Below, in pieces: positions 63,581 to 64,000 of a stretch of DNA of 64,000 bases (position 1 is its first letter; the number at the start of each line of letters is the position of its first letter). The position numbers and the translations under genes were made by a program. Source of the stretch: Candidatus Latescibacterota bacterium (GTDB lineage: Bacteria; Latescibacterota; UBA2968; SICM01); contig CBDCJO010000002.1 of assembly GCA_965217865.1 (NCBI GenBank), forward strand, positions 992,001 through 1,056,000. The letters run 5' to 3'. The notes under the pieces are model-generated. The model searched no databases. It was not told where the DNA came from and saw nothing but the letters and a program-made list of their open reading frames with translations.

Positions 63581-64000
63581 ATGACGGGTTGCGCCACCGC
63601 CTGCGTTGCTGCCGAGAAACTGCACCGCCAGTGGGTGGGTATAGACATATCAGAGAAGGCGGTCGATCTCGTCCAGGTCCGTATTCGGCAACTCGACCTG
63701 TTCAGCGACTTCACGCCTGTCAAGCGCTCCGACGTTCCCAAGCGAACGGACTTGGGCAAGCTTCCCCACTACCGCACTCACAAGCATATCCTTTTCGGCA
63801 AACAGGAAGGAATGTGCGGTGGTTGTCGTTCTTCGTTTCAATTCAGGAACTTCACGGTGGATCATATCGTACCCCAAAGCAAAGGAGGAACCAACCATCT
63901 GGACAACCTGCAACTGCTCTGCGGAGCCTGCAACAGTACCAAGGGCCCCAGGACCCAGGAATTTCTGATCTCCACGCTGAAGGCGGATGGTATACTACCC
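63581..64000 (+). pseudogene. C-terminal part of a DNA methyltransferase-HNH fusion (5' truncated, runs off window)
   Basis: GCATACVAAEKLHRQWVGIDIS...CGGC..VDHIVPQSKGG..NLQLLCGACNSTKG. Confidence 0.8.

Overview
Bacterial chromosomal window in two parts. Positions 1-30230 are intact core genes: a 2-oxoacid oxidoreductase alpha N-terminus, LpxH, an ECF sigma/anti-sigma/HtrA-like locus, pabB, tRNA-Phe, a surface-glycan/phosphodiester cluster (tandem NTP-transferase/CDP-alcohol phosphotransferase, radical SAM, flippase, methyltransferases), a 1.9-kaa C25 protein with a T9SS/FlgD-type tail (suggesting an FCB-group-like host, not proven), a large transaldolase-fold protein, PpiD/SurA and tRNA-Leu. 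From tRNA-Leu to the window end is a decayed genomic island: a phage-satellite-like module with iterons, many abruptly joined fragments of defence and mobile genes (cas3, hsdR, DUF499, HNH, AlbA, integrases, an orphan type I-E CRISPR repeat), RecD2, a ParA operon, and IS3, ISL3 and two IS1182/IS5-like elements. The best-supported unusual items are three identical 229-bp non-autonomous IS200-derived elements inserted precisely at ATGAA, and a two-domain 900-aa DNA methyltransferase paired with a DUF3883-type nuclease. All family calls come from motif recognition by eye; no database search was run.
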